A stretch of 64,000 nucleotides of DNA from Nitrospirota bacterium (lineage in GTDB: Bacteria; Nitrospirota; Thermodesulfovibrionia; Thermodesulfovibrionales; Dissulfurispiraceae): contig CAVPZX010000002.1 of assembly GCA_963710375.1 (NCBI GenBank), positions 192,001 to 256,000 of the forward strand, written 5' to 3'. This document shows positions 10,715 to 21,242 of the stretch, piece by piece. The translations under genes were made by a program, and so were the position numbers. Below the pieces are notes generated by a model that was not told where the DNA came from, did no database searches, and saw only the letters and a list, made by a program, of their open reading frames with translations. Each line of letters begins with the position of its first letter. Positions within the stretch are counted from its first letter, which is position 1.

Positions 10715-11566
10715 CTATGACCTTCTCATCGACATCGATTCAAGCCTCGCAATCCTCTCCTCTATCGGCGGATGGGTGCTAAAGAGCTTTGTTATACCAC
10801 CTCCGGAAAGCGGGTTGACGATAAACATGTGCGATGTAGCGGGGTTCGCATCCATAGGTATCCGCTGCGAAGCCATCTGAAGTTTCTTGAGAGCGCTGGC
10901 AAGGTACAAGGGGTTCCCCGCAAGCCTTGCGCCGGACTCATCGGCTCCATATTCCCTTGAGCGGGATATCGCCATTTGAACCAGCATTGCCGCTATCGGC
11001 CCTACGATCATCATCACAATAGCTGCAATGGGACTGCCTCCTTCGTCATCGTCTCTCCTTCCGCCGCCAAAGATCATCGCCCACTGCGCCATCTGTGCAA
11101 GGTAGCTGATAGCGCCGGCAATAGCAGCGGCAAGCGTGCTTACCAGTATGTCCCTGTGTTTTACGTGGGACAATTCGTGTCCTATAACGCCTTCAAGTTC
11201 TTCCCTGGAAAGAATCCGCTTTATACCGGTCGTAACTGCAACAGCAGCGTGTCCAGGGTTCCGGCCTGTCGCAAATGCATTGGGTTGGTCCTCGTCTATT
11301 ATATATACTTTGGGCATAGGAAGTTCCGCCCTCTGCGCTAGTCTCCTTACTATCCCATAGAGTTCAGGCTCATCAGCTTCACTTACAGCTCTGGCCCTAT
11401 ACATCCTGAGCACAATTTTATCACTGAACCAATAGGTTATGAAATTCATGCCAAAGGCCATGATAAGCGCGAACGTCATCCCTGACCTGCCGCCCAGCAG
11501 CCCTCCGACAGCAACAAGCAACAATGTGAGCGTTACCATCAGGACCATCGTTTTTAATCCATTCAT
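10715..11566 (-). CDS. htpX: Zinc metalloprotease HtpX
   Basis: [35 protein letters not shown]. Confidence 0.95.
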   Translation of the reverse strand: MNGLKTMVLMVTLTLLLVAVGGLLGGRSGMTFALIMAFGMNFITYWFSDKIVLRMYRARAVSEADEPELYGIVRRLAQRAELPMPKVYIIDEDQPNAFATGRNPGHAAVAVTTGIKRILSREELEGVIGHELSHVKHRDILVSTLAAAIAGAISYLAQMAQWAMIFGGGRRDDDEGGSPIAAIVMMIVGPIAAMLVQMAISRSREYGADESGARLAGNPLYLASALKKLQMASQRIPMDANPATSHMFIVNPLSGGGITKLFSTHPPIEERIARLESMSMRRS

Positions 11567-11674
11567 CTGAAACCTCCTGCATAAAGTGCGAGGTATATAC
11601 CGCGCATCTGTTTACACTTATATTTACTATTATACAATACCCATCGAGGCAAATATCTCTCTTGGGAAAAAACC

Positions 11675-11857
11675 TGCAATTCAGACAGTACAGGGTTGTT
11701 TTTCTGAAGTCGAGCGTCTGGGTTATCTGCATTGGGCGAGTAACGCCGAGCCCACATATTCAATTGGAACACGGATGATTATCCGTACAGACAGCAGGAC
11801 TTGCACAGAGGGCTAATCGCTCGCAAAGAAAAATTACCCTGTGCTGTCTGAATTGCA
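11675..11857 (+). repeat. 183-bp palindromic MITE/REPIN-like element, family A copy 1
   Basis: TIR TGCAATTCAGACAGTACAGGG / CCCTGTGCTGTCTGAATTGCA; homologous to 21007-21232 and 58057-58235. Confidence 0.9.
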
Positions 11858-11938
11858 ATTGAAAAAAAGTCAGGGTTGCTCTATTATTTATTTAATAATA
11901 GAGAGAATTGATAAATAGTAGAAGAAGAGGAGGAGACC

Positions 11939-12778
11939 ATGAATCAGCCGCTATTCTGCCCAGTTGGAAAACTTGAAAAACTGCTGCTCGCAACCGACCG
12001 TTCTAAATTCAGCGAGGGACCGATACGCGAGGCCATAAGTTTTGCAAAAAAATGCTCGAGCAAGCTCTACGTGATATCAGTGCTCGAAACGAATCCAGAA
12101 TACGAGACGATAGGCTCCAAGTTTTTCGAGAAAGAGGAAGCAGAAGTGGTCAAGCATTTGAAATCGATAAAAGCGAGGGCTGAAGGAGAGGGTCTGAAAT
12201 GTGAAACTATCTTTCTTAGCGGCAATGAACCATATAAATATATTGTGGATGAAGCAGAGGAAAAGAATATCGATATGATTGTGATCGGCAGGCGGGGACG
12301 CAAGGGATTGGCTAAACTCCTGATGGGGAGCGTGGCGGCAAAGGTTATAGGATATGCGCCCTGCAAAGTGCTTGTCGTTCCAAAGGCGGCAAAGATAGGG
12401 TACCAGAAAATATTGATTGCCACTGATGGCTCAAAACATAGCATTGCAGCTGTTGCCGAAGCAATCAGCATTGCCAACCGCTGTGGAACCTCTGTCATAG
12501 CGATTTCCTCATGGCTGACTGAGGACGAAATCAAAGGGGCCAAGCTCAATACCGACCACGTTCTCGAAATGGCCCGGAAGGAGGGTATTGAGGCGGAAGC
12601 TGTAAACCCTAATGGGAGATCATATGAGTCTATTGTTGAAACCGCGGGCGGCAGAGGGGTTGATCTAATTGTCATGGGAGCATACGGAAGAACGGGGTTC
12701 AAGAAAATTCTTATGGGGAGTACGACAGAAAGGGTCATCGGGCTGTCAGGATGCGCAGTGATGGTGATAACAGCATGA
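11939..12778 (+). CDS. Tandem-domain universal stress protein
   Basis: Two Usp domains (LLATD...DMIVIGRRG...GSVA; ILIATDGS...DLIVMGAYG...GSTT). Confidence 0.9.
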   Translation: MNQPLFCPVGKLEKLLLATDRSKFSEGPIREAISFAKKCSSKLYVISVLETNPEYETIGSKFFEKEEAEVVKHLKSIKARAEGEGLKCETIFLSGNEPYKYIVDEAEEKNIDMIVIGRRGRKGLAKLLMGSVAAKVIGYAPCKVLVVPKAAKIGYQKILIATDGSKHSIAAVAEAISIANRCGTSVIAISSWLTEDEIKGAKLNTDHVLEMARKEGIEAEAVNPNGRSYESIVETAGGRGVDLIVMGAYGRTGFKKILMGSTTERVIGLSGCAVMVITA

Positions 12779-12873
12779 CAGGAGAACCGATAATTATGCC
12801 CATGCCGGCTTCGGCGATAACTGCTGTTTTTATTTTCTTTGTACTAATCACTCTCGGCAAGGAGGGAGCAACA

Positions 12874-13326
12874 ATGAGCGAATTAAAATTATCCAGTACC
12901 GCCTTTCAGAGCAACGGATCCATACCTTCCAAGTATACCTGTGATGGACGCGATATAAATCCCCCGCTGGTCATTGAGAATGTCCCGCCAGGGACCAAGT
13001 CACTGGCTTTGATTGTCGACGATCCTGATGCGCCAATGGGGACATGGGTCCATTGGGTTTCCTGGAACATCGCCCCCGATATAAAGGAGATAAAGGAAAA
13101 CGATACGCCAAGAGGCGCGGTAGCCGGAATAAACGACTTCAACAAGAAATCCTATGGCGGTCCCTGTCCACCATCAGGCACTCATCGCTATTTTTTCAAG
13201 CTTTACGCCCTTGATAAAGCATTAGACCTGCCTTCCGGTGCAAATAAGGCAGCCGTAGAAAAAGCGATGAAAGGACATGTCATTTCAGAGGCTCAGATAA
13301 TAGGGCTATATAAAAGAAACAGGTAA
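12874..13326 (+). CDS. YbhB/YbcL (PEBP-like) family protein
   Basis: YTCDG, DDPDAP, WVHW, YGGPCPPSGTHRYFF; an upstream signal-peptide start is possible. Confidence 0.9.
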   Translation: MSELKLSSTAFQSNGSIPSKYTCDGRDINPPLVIENVPPGTKSLALIVDDPDAPMGTWVHWVSWNIAPDIKEIKENDTPRGAVAGINDFNKKSYGGPCPPSGTHRYFFKLYALDKALDLPSGANKAAVEKAMKGHVISEAQIIGLYKRNR

Positions 13327-13337
13327 TAGGCTATAGG

Positions 13338-14283
13338 CTATAGGCTATAGACAACCGGAAGCCTTCCGCCCCTATATACCGCCTGGAGAGTAAAGTCCGG
13401 GGTCACTATCAGAAAATTGCCCCTGGCAATCTCACTCTCATCCATGCATGCGGCGTGTATAATCTGCTCCAGAGGCAATCCTGCTTTTCTGAATAATTGC
13501 AGTTCTTCAAAAAAAGAGCTGCCGTGCGCTGTTCCTTTAGAGCCGCTGTCGCTGCCGATACGCAAAATTACCCCGATAGAAGCAGCATAGCTAACTGATG
13601 AAAGATGCCTTTCAATAATTTTTTCTATAATTACCTGTTCGTCTGCCGGATATAGGACGGCAAGACTGTGGAGCGCAAATATTGTTGGTATCCAGGAAAT
13701 GCGCGCTTCTGCCATTCTATGCAGTGTATCACGCGATACGAAGTAGCCGTGCTCAATCGAAAACAGCTCCGGCATTGATAGCGTCCCGCACTGCCGAATC
13801 GGAATTTGCATGACAGACCATATGGAGATTTCTCGACCGGGCCGTTTCGTTGAGCACATGTAATTCCTCCGGAGAAAAACCTCCATCGGTCACCGATCCC
13901 GCTTTTTGCGCTGAAACGATACCGGAGTTAATTACTTTAAGAAAATCGGCGCCGGCGTCGGCGATTTCATGAACTGCTTTCCTGATCTCTGAAGCGCCTG
14001 AAACTCCCTTGCCGAGAAATGACCCGTAGGTTCCCTTCTTATAAAGTGCGTATCCGGCTGACCTGACTTCCATGTCCGTATCGAAAAGAGCTTTGGCCTG
14101 CAGGCCGATGCCGCTCCTGTGCCCCATATCGTTTACAGATAAAATTCCGAGCTTTACATATGCGTCTTTTATAACCGGCAGTTCGCTGTGCGTCAGAGGT
14201 CTTCCATCAAGCATGAAATGCATATGTGCATCTCTGAAGGGGGGTATCTTAACGGCTGATGATGTGCATATATCATCTTCCAT
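13338..14283 (-). pseudogene. Amidohydrolase-family protein, frameshifted near 13760
   Basis: DAHMH, GADFLK, CHAN in the 5' frame; SIEHG, GSDSG in the 3' frame; one extra base near the A4 run at 13760-13763. Confidence 0.75.
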
Positions 14284-14284
14284 T

Positions 14285-15406
14285 TTATTCTTTCATGATA
14301 GTATACTTTCCATCCTTGTCGATCTTAATATTGGCATTGAGGAATCGCACCTTGAAGCCGGCCTCTTTAAGCGTATGGTATGCCATCTCGGCCCTTAAGC
14401 CGGTATCGCAATACAAAATAATCTCCTTGTCCCTCGTGATGTCCTTAAACCTGTTTTTGAGGTCCCATGAAGGCACGTTCAAAGCACCCTTAAGCATGCC
14501 CTGCAATGCTTCGTCCTCGTCACGCACATCCAGAAGCAACTTGTCTGCCGGTGATGTCTCAGCTATCCGCTTGAACTCCTCGATAGAGATTTCGCCGGCT
14601 CTTAACTTCGGCACATAAACAATCCTTGTCGCCACGTCCCCGCTTATAACGAGTCCGCCGGAGCGCTTCCATTCATCAAGGCCGCCGTCGAGAACCGCGA
14701 CGTTTGTATAGCCCCAACCCCTCACCGATGCAAAGTCGTCCAACTCGGACTTTGTATCATTGTCGTACAGCATTATCGGGGCAGATTTGTCTGAAGGGAA
14801 CCTCTCCTTTTCATACCGAAGGTCCTTTCCAGGTACAGAAACCGCGCCTACGATGTGTCCTCTCTTTGCCTCATCTGTCGGCCGCAGATCAATCAGTACA
14901 AAGGGAATACCCTTTTCGAGATACTCCTTGAGACTCTGCACAGAAGAAACGACAAGGTTGCCGGCCTTCTTCCATGCATGCAATCCATCGGCAAAGACTT
15001 TGACTCTTGTATACCCCATTTTCTCAGCCTTACCAGCACAGAACTGGCTCAGACGGCAGGCGCGTGACCCACAATAAAAAATTATCATCTTGTTCTTTTC
15101 TTTAGGCAGCTTTCCGGCAGATTCGTTGAATTCCCGATATGGTATCGAAATCGCCCCGGGAATGTGTCCTTCATCATAAAACACAAGAGGCCTCGAATCC
15201 ACAAGCTCAAATTTTCCTTCTTCCGGCCCCAGCGCCACAAGTCTGGCAACTTCATCTGCAGTGACAATCTTCTCCGGAGCAACCTTTGCCTGCACAGCTG
15301 TTTTCATTTTCTGCGACATGTCCCCGGCCGTGACAGTAGTGCTGAAAAAGACAAATCCTGCCGTCATAGCCGCGGCAAGGACTGCCGCTTTGCTCTTGCT
15401 TCCCAT
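14285..15406 (-). CDS. Exported triple rhodanese-domain protein
   Basis: Signal peptide; three rhodanese units (DSRP..GHIPGA..YCGSRAC; DLRP..GHIVGA..LYD; DVRD..YCDTGLRA). Confidence 0.85.
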   Translation of the reverse strand: MGSKSKAAVLAAAMTAGFVFFSTTVTAGDMSQKMKTAVQAKVAPEKIVTADEVARLVALGPEEGKFELVDSRPLVFYDEGHIPGAISIPYREFNESAGKLPKEKNKMIIFYCGSRACRLSQFCAGKAEKMGYTRVKVFADGLHAWKKAGNLVVSSVQSLKEYLEKGIPFVLIDLRPTDEAKRGHIVGAVSVPGKDLRYEKERFPSDKSAPIMLYDNDTKSELDDFASVRGWGYTNVAVLDGGLDEWKRSGGLVISGDVATRIVYVPKLRAGEISIEEFKRIAETSPADKLLLDVRDEDEALQGMLKGALNVPSWDLKNRFKDITRDKEIILYCDTGLRAEMAYHTLKEAGFKVRFLNANIKIDKDGKYTIMKE

Positions 15407-15515
15407 ACTCGCTCCTTTCGTAAAAAGCACTACGCATAGTTAGTTAAGATGACTAAAACTTATACTAGCGACAATGGTCTAAATATTTCAACAACAAAAA
15501 AAGAGAGTAGTGGAA

Positions 15516-15693
15516 AGCAGAAGAAGGGCAACACTCGTTTTTCGACGCGCTGAAACTACCTTCGTCAGCAATTCCCAATGTTTCCAAAGCAGCGATACCC
15601 GAATCCATTCTCAGGTGGGGCTCGGCGTTACTCGCCCCTTTTACAGTAGACCCGTGCATCGCGTCGAAAAACAAGTGTTGCCCTTCTTCTGCT
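15516..15693 (+). repeat. 178-bp palindromic element, family B copy 1
   Basis: TIR AGCAGAAGAAGGGCAACACT / AGTGTTGCCCTTCTTCTGCT; homologous to 34589-34766. Confidence 0.9.
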
Positions 15694-15725
15694 ATTAATT
15701 ATATTGGATATGGTACAATTTACAC

Positions 15726-15968
15726 ATGAAAAGCACAATCGGGTTTATTTTTTTTGTACTGCTGGTTATCGGTTTGCTTTTTTCCATATCTGGGAAGCGT
15801 TATCCCCGTATTCCCGCCGACGTCATTCATAGAGATATAGAGGTCAATAACAGCGCAGCGTGCCTGGAATGTCATGGCGCCGGCAAAAAGTACGCAGTCA
15901 AAAATACCCATCCTCCCAAGTTCGAATGCTTTAATTGCCATAAGGGCCGGAGAGTTCAAAATAAGTAG
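15726..15968 (+). CDS. Small membrane-anchored diheme c-type cytochrome
   Basis: N-terminal TM helix; CLECH and CFNCH heme-binding motifs. Confidence 0.75.
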   Translation: MKSTIGFIFFVLLVIGLLFSISGKRYPRIPADVIHRDIEVNNSAACLECHGAGKKYAVKNTHPPKFECFNCHKGRRVQNK

Positions 15969-15988
15969 TTCATTGCATGAAACAGTCT

Positions 15989-16399
15989 TTATCGTTCATG
16001 CATATCAATTAAACAGCCACTAATTTCGTTCTCCTTCGGCGGTACAACGCAGAGGAAACCGAGGGCCTCGTCGCCGATAGGACTCAATTGGTGTGTTTCG
16101 TTGGGGCTTATATAGACGGCATCCCTGGGCCCTACTTCGACTTCAACACTTCCAAGCAGCACCCGGGCCCTGCCGTGAAGTATAAAAATACCATGGTCGT
16201 GCGGGTGATTTTCAAGGGCCGAACAACCACCAGGCTCTACCCGGAAATACCGGATGATGAACTGTTGTGCGCCGTCGGCCTTCCCGATCAGTACTTTGCC
16301 GTCAGCGCCCCTGGCGTTTGGTTTTGCGTAACCATGGGAGATGGCCCCCTCCCAGTTAAAATTGTTATCCTCTCCTGTGAACCGATGAACAACACTCAT
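15989..16399 (-). CDS. Cupin-domain protein (MTXu-5P methylsulfurylase-like)
   Basis: RYFRVEPGGCSALENHPHDH...HQL cupin motifs; immediately downstream of the RLP. Confidence 0.8.
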   Translation of the reverse strand: MSVVHRFTGEDNNFNWEGAISHGYAKPNARGADGKVLIGKADGAQQFIIRYFRVEPGGCSALENHPHDHGIFILHGRARVLLGSVEVEVGPRDAVYISPNETHQLSPIGDEALGFLCVVPPKENEISGCLIDMHER

Positions 16400-16408
16400 T
16401 TTTTCCTC

Positions 16409-17548
16409 CTAGCCTTTTACCTTTTCGCAAAAGTATCTCGCATTGTCTTCGAGGTCATCAGAGCGCGAATAGAGAGAGCCCCCGATAAGCAGAATAATAT
16501 CTTTGCCGTAAAATTGTACAATTTCAGGGATATTCTCGAGATCCATCCCGCCGGCAGGCGTCGGGAAAGACGGTCTTATATTATGGAGTCTACCGGTCAG
16601 CAGGCGGGCTATTGAAAAACAGGTCTCCCTGGTAAAAGAAAACCTGCCGCCGTAATTAGGGTATACGGAACTGTCGATCCCTATAAGCCTGAACAGCTTC
16701 CCGAGAACTAGCTCGGGTGCGATGCCGCTGTCTGCTCCCGTATAAAAGATGCCGGTGAAGGAAGGGTGAGACATGATAGGTTTGTCGATCCCTTCGTTCT
16801 CAGCCATGTACCTCACGCAATCAAGTCCTGTTAGAAAAGGCGAGACCAGGAGACCGCCCGCATTGGCTTTTACCGCAAACTCCGCGTTTCTTATGATTCT
16901 GTCGAAGCGGTCCGTTATATTCGGGAAGTAGACCGTCCTTTTCCCTGTTTTCTGCTGCGCCTCTTCAATAGCCTGTACGCACTTAGTCACCCTTTCTTCA
17001 AACCTGCAGAAGGGGAAGTCAACTAAGCCATGGTCATCTTTGATAATATCGACTCCTCCAAGCGCGAACCTGTAACAAATCTCTGCCAATCCTTCCGCCG
17101 AAGTGCCCATCGGCTTCAATGCAGTTGCCACGAGCGGCCTGTCGAAGGCGCCGGTGAGTCTTCTGATGCCTTCAATCCCAAATTTAGGGCCCTTGAAGGA
17201 AAGAAGAAATTCCTCCGCAAGATCTACGTCGATAACCTTGACGCCCGGCTTGAAAGAAATGTTCCCGTAAAGCAGGTTGAGAAACTGCGGAATCTCATAG
17301 TTTGATACTGACGCAGGATAGGCCATTTTAACGATGAAGCGCTCTATGCCCTCGCTTTCCGCTTGATGGATCGAGATCACCTTGCCGACAATGTCTTGGA
17401 GTATCCGGTCGTCTCTTATCGCCTTTCCCGGCAGTTCAACGGTCTGTTCCAGAGCAACATTTTCGCATATATTCCCGATATCACCCCGCGAGCAAGTAAT
17501 TGAATAGGTTATAGTTATCGATCTATCATTGTATCCAGGCTCACTCAT
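16409..17548 (-). CDS. RuBisCO-like protein (form IV)
   Basis: EQTVELP, GPKFGIEG, ALKPMG, IIKDDHGL, HPSFTG, PAGGM, LIGGSL; KDDH instead of the carboxylase KDDE. Confidence 0.88.
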   Translation of the reverse strand: MSEPGYNDRSITITYSITCSRGDIGNICENVALEQTVELPGKAIRDDRILQDIVGKVISIHQAESEGIERFIVKMAYPASVSNYEIPQFLNLLYGNISFKPGVKVIDVDLAEEFLLSFKGPKFGIEGIRRLTGAFDRPLVATALKPMGTSAEGLAEICYRFALGGVDIIKDDHGLVDFPFCRFEERVTKCVQAIEEAQQKTGKRTVYFPNITDRFDRIIRNAEFAVKANAGGLLVSPFLTGLDCVRYMAENEGIDKPIMSHPSFTGIFYTGADSGIAPELVLGKLFRLIGIDSSVYPNYGGRFSFTRETCFSIARLLTGRLHNIRPSFPTPAGGMDLENIPEIVQFYGKDIILLIGGSLYSRSDDLEDNARYFCEKVKG

Positions 17549-17665
17549 ATCCTTCAGTATAATATTCTCCGCAGTGCTGTGACAACATTATGGCTTATTT
17601 ATTACTGAATGCTATATAATTTAAATCTACAATTTCATTAATGTCGAAAGAAGGAGGAAACGACA

Positions 17666-17992
17666 ATGACGAAAATCATCGCATTCAGCATCATGATAAT
17701 TATGATTTTATCCTCAGCCGCAGCTTTTGCAGAAGACACACGACATGAAGAGGACACTATAGCTGATTTAATAGCTGTCAGGCCTGTGGGCTTCGTTTCG
17801 CTTGCCATAGGCACAGGGTTTTTTATAGCTTCCCTGCCGTTTGCTATTATGAGCGGCAGTACCGACAAGACAGCAAAAGCACTTGTTGCCGATCCATTCA
17901 ATTATACTTTTACCAGGCCCTTCGGAGACTTTGACAGTCCCTCCCAGCTTTTAAACGGGCAAAATAAGAAAGATAAGGACAGTTCAAAGTAG
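17666..17992 (+). CDS. Hypothetical exported/membrane protein
   Basis: RBS AGGAGG, signal peptide, DLIAVRPVG...TFTRPFG. Confidence 0.7.
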   Translation: MTKIIAFSIMIIMILSSAAAFAEDTRHEEDTIADLIAVRPVGFVSLAIGTGFFIASLPFAIMSGSTDKTAKALVADPFNYTFTRPFGDFDSPSQLLNGQNKKDKDSSK

Positions 17993-18049
17993 CGAAAAAC
18001 ATTTGTGATATAATAATTTTCTTACGAATCTATATCCAGGAGGAATTTT

Positions 18050-19405
18050 ATGCAGGAGACCAAGATACTTCTTACAGAAAAAGATATTCCGAGGCAGTGG
18101 TACAACATAATTGCCGATATGCCGAATCCACCCAAACCTCCTCTCCATCCAGCCACTCAACAGCCGGTTGGTCCGGATGATTTGAAAGCCATATTCCCGA
18201 TGGCCCTTATAGAACAAGAGGTATCGGGTCAGAGATGGATTGACATACCTGAAGAGGTGCTCGAAATATATTCTCTCTGGAGACCCACTCCCCTTTACCG
18301 GGCAAAGAGGCTCGAGGCCTTCCTGAAAACCCCGGCAAAAATATACTACAAGTATGAAGGCGTGAGCCCGGCAGGCAGCCACAAACCGAATACAGCGATA
18401 CCGCAGGCCTACTATAACAAAAAGTCCGGTATCAAAAGAATTGCCACAGAAACAGGAGCCGGGCAGTGGGGGTCCGCGATGGCCCTGGCCGGAACGATGT
18501 TTGGGCTGGATGTAACCGTATATATGGTAAGAGTAAGCTATAATCAGAAACCTTATCGCAGGATCGCTATGGAGACATGGGGCGCCACTGTTCATGCCAG
18601 CCCTTCGACAACAACCAATACAGGCAGGAAGGCCCTCGAAGCCGACCCCAACAATCCCGGAAGTCTGGGCCTTGCGATATCCGAAGCGGTTGAAGATGCA
18701 GCTACCCATTCTGATACTAATTACGCGCTCGGTTCTGTGCTGAATCATGTGATCCTTCACCAGACGGTGATCGGACTTGAAGCAAAGAAACAGCTTGCCG
18801 TGGCCGGAGACTATCCCGATATCATTATCGGCTGCTGCGGAGGAGGGTCCAATTTCAGCGGAATCGCGTTTCCCTTTCTGGCTGATAAGATCCACGGCAA
18901 AGAGTTGCGGGCCATCGCCGTTGAGCCAAGCTCCTGCCCTACCCTTACCAAGGGAGAGTACAGGTATGACTTCGGAGATACTGTCGGGATGACGCCATTT
19001 CTGATGATGTACACCCTTGGCCACGATTTCATGCCCCCGGGCATTCATGCCGGAGGCCTCCGTTATCACGGCGATTCTCCGCTCGTGTCCCAGCTTTACA
19101 AGGAAGGCATCATAGAGGCAAGGGCATATCCGCAGCTGCCGGTCTTTGAGGCAGCACTGACCTTCTCCAAGACAGAGGCCATAATACCGGCTCCCGAGAG
19201 CGCGCATGCCATTAAAGCTGCAATCGATGAGGCGCTCATCTGCAAAGAAGAAGGCAAGGAGAAATGCATCCTTTTTAACCTGAGCGGACATGGATATCTG
19301 GACCTTGCTGCGTATGATGATTATCTGAATGGGAAACTCGTCGATCACGAGTACCCCAGCCAGGCCATAAAGGAAGCATTGGCTAAGCTACCGGTGATAA
19401 AATAG
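18050..19405 (+). CDS. trpB2: TrpB-like PLP enzyme (TrpB2)
   Basis: [50 protein letters not shown]. Confidence 0.93.
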   Translation: MQETKILLTEKDIPRQWYNIIADMPNPPKPPLHPATQQPVGPDDLKAIFPMALIEQEVSGQRWIDIPEEVLEIYSLWRPTPLYRAKRLEAFLKTPAKIYYKYEGVSPAGSHKPNTAIPQAYYNKKSGIKRIATETGAGQWGSAMALAGTMFGLDVTVYMVRVSYNQKPYRRIAMETWGATVHASPSTTTNTGRKALEADPNNPGSLGLAISEAVEDAATHSDTNYALGSVLNHVILHQTVIGLEAKKQLAVAGDYPDIIIGCCGGGSNFSGIAFPFLADKIHGKELRAIAVEPSSCPTLTKGEYRYDFGDTVGMTPFLMMYTLGHDFMPPGIHAGGLRYHGDSPLVSQLYKEGIIEARAYPQLPVFEAALTFSKTEAIIPAPESAHAIKAAIDEALICKEEGKEKCILFNLSGHGYLDLAAYDDYLNGKLVDHEYPSQAIKEALAKLPVIK

Positions 19406-19413
19406 CGGGAGCG

Positions 19414-21000
19414 ATGGGACAGACGGACAAGCCAAACATCGCGCTGTTGTCAGGAAATGAGGCCATCGGCAGGGGGGCTATCGAATCCGGTATTTCCCTT
19501 GCCACGAGCTATGCCGGCACGCCGGCTACAGAGATACTGGAGTACATAGCCAGCAATTCACCCGGTGATGCTGAATGGGCTGTGAACGAAAAGGTCGCAC
19601 TCGAAACAGCGATCGGCGCCTCTTATGCAAACAAGAGAGTTCTCTGCTCGATGAAGCACGTAGGCCTTAATGTCGCGGCAGACCCTCTTATGACTGCTTC
19701 GTACCTTGGAACAAAAGGCGGCCTGGTTCTTGCCATCGGCGATGATCCCGGAGCTTATTCCTCACAAAACGAGCAGGATTCCCGTTTTTATGCAAGATTC
19801 GCAAAGATACCGTGCCTTGAGCCGAGCGACTCCCAGGAAGCCAAAGACATGACAATCAGGGCTTTCGACCTTTCTGAAAAATTCCGGCTTCCTGTGATGC
19901 TCAGGACCCTTACAAGGGTTTCGCATGCTTATTCCCCTGTCCGGACCGGGACACCGAGGGAGGAAAACAGGCTTTCACTCGAAAAGGACCCTGACAGAAT
20001 GCTGGCTATACCTAAAAATGTTATCAGGCTGCACTCTGCTTTAAACAAAAAATATGACGAATTGAAAGAGTGGACAGAAGCGTCAAAGCTCAACGTAATA
20101 TCCAGGAACAAACAGAAAAAAGGCATCATCGCATGCGGTATTGCCTATGCGTATGCGAAGGAATACGGCGATGATTTTGCGTTACTTAAGATTTCCGCTT
20201 ATCCTGTAAGCGAAAAGATTGTCAAGAAATTTGTAAGGGGGCTTGACGAGGTCTGGGTCCTCGAAGAAGGTGAGCCTATAATAGAGGAAATGGCAAGGAA
20301 GTACTCTAAGAAAGTGAGAGGCAGGATGGGTGGTGAACTCAGGTCTGAAGGTGAACTGGGCCCTGATGCTCTTACAAAATATATTTCCGAAGGGACTGTT
20401 GCAAATCGCCCTCCGGATTCAGCAGACCCGCTCCCGCTGAGGCCCCCGGTAATGTGTCCCGGTTGCCCCCACCGCGAGTTTTACAAGGCGTTGAAGGCTG
20501 CAGGCCCTTCGTTCACGACTGGCGACATAGGGTGCTATACGCTTGGCGCAACGCCGCCGCTGAATGCCCTCGATACCTGTTTGTGCATGGGAGCGAGCAT
20601 AGGCAAGGCGGCAGGCATCGCAAAGCAGGGAGTAAAAAGAACTGCAGCTGTCATCGGGGACTCAACATTCATGCATTCCGGAATTACCGGGTTGATCAAT
20701 GCAGTCTATAACAGGGCAAATATAACAGTTTTTATACTCGATAACTCCTCGACAGCAATGACTGGACATCAGCCCACTCCTCTCATCGGTATTTCAGCAA
20801 AAGGGGAGGAAGCCGGCAAGGTCGATCTCGAAGCCCTTTGTCTGGCCTGCGGGGTCAAGTCCGTTACTGTAGTTGACCCATATAATATAGAGGCAACAGA
20901 AAAAGTAATCAGGGAAAAACTCGACGCCGAAGGAGTAAACGTAGTAATCTCACGCAAACCTTGCCTGCTGGTGCGGAAGATAAGGGCTCGCGAACCCTAA
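19414..21000 (+). CDS. iorA: Indolepyruvate:ferredoxin oxidoreductase alpha subunit
   Basis: GNEAI, NEKVALE, MKHVGLNVAAD, SSQNEQD, CPGCPHR, DIGCYTLG, GDSTFMHSG, AMTGHQP; ends without a C-terminal ferredoxin domain. Confidence 0.92.
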   Translation: MGQTDKPNIALLSGNEAIGRGAIESGISLATSYAGTPATEILEYIASNSPGDAEWAVNEKVALETAIGASYANKRVLCSMKHVGLNVAADPLMTASYLGTKGGLVLAIGDDPGAYSSQNEQDSRFYARFAKIPCLEPSDSQEAKDMTIRAFDLSEKFRLPVMLRTLTRVSHAYSPVRTGTPREENRLSLEKDPDRMLAIPKNVIRLHSALNKKYDELKEWTEASKLNVISRNKQKKGIIACGIAYAYAKEYGDDFALLKISAYPVSEKIVKKFVRGLDEVWVLEEGEPIIEEMARKYSKKVRGRMGGELRSEGELGPDALTKYISEGTVANRPPDSADPLPLRPPVMCPGCPHREFYKALKAAGPSFTTGDIGCYTLGATPPLNALDTCLCMGASIGKAAGIAKQGVKRTAAVIGDSTFMHSGITGLINAVYNRANITVFILDNSSTAMTGHQPTPLIGISAKGEEAGKVDLEALCLACGVKSVTVVDPYNIEATEKVIREKLDAEGVNVVISRKPCLLVRKIRAREP

Positions 21001-21006
21001 AAATAG

Positions 21007-21232
21007 CTGCAAGTCAGACAGTACAGGGTTGTTTTTCTGCAGTCGAGCGCCTGGGTTATCTGCAGTGGGCGAGTAACCTGCACCCCAAAAAGTCTTTGAC
21101 TTTTTGGGGACCCCGTCCGCCGAGCCCACCTTTTCAATTGGAACACGGATGGTTTGCCGTACAGCCAGCAGGACTGGCACAGCGGGCTAATCGCTCGCAA
21201 AGAAAAATTACCCTGTACTGTCTGACTTGCAG
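21007..21232 (+). repeat. Family A palindromic element copy 2, with a 41-bp nested insertion (21078-21118)
   Basis: Perfect 22-bp TIR CTGCAAGTCAGACAGTACAGGG; the insert contains the CCCCAAAAAGTC/GACTTTTTGGGG hairpin. Confidence 0.9.
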
Positions 21233-21242
21233 TTTTCCTTTA

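Noticed and set aside
11421..11816. Short ORFs over family A/B elements (also near 15465-15698, 20950-21200, 34541-34799, 58086-58325) that resemble each other
   Set aside because: The similarity comes from the DNA repeat; starts, stops and frames are not conserved.
15540..15575. Hammerhead ribozyme core (CTGACGA...GAAA on the minus strand of element B1)
   Set aside because: There is no convincing stem II, and copy B2 reads CCGACAA, so the core is not conserved.
16409..17548. Carbon-fixing RuBisCO
   Set aside because: It has KDDH rather than KDDE, is short, and has no small subunit or prk nearby; it is a form IV RLP.
17984..19348. 454-aa antisense ORF to trpB2 (similarly 12067-12738 and 61713-62360)
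   Set aside because: These are shadow ORFs of well-supported genes with no recognisable motifs.
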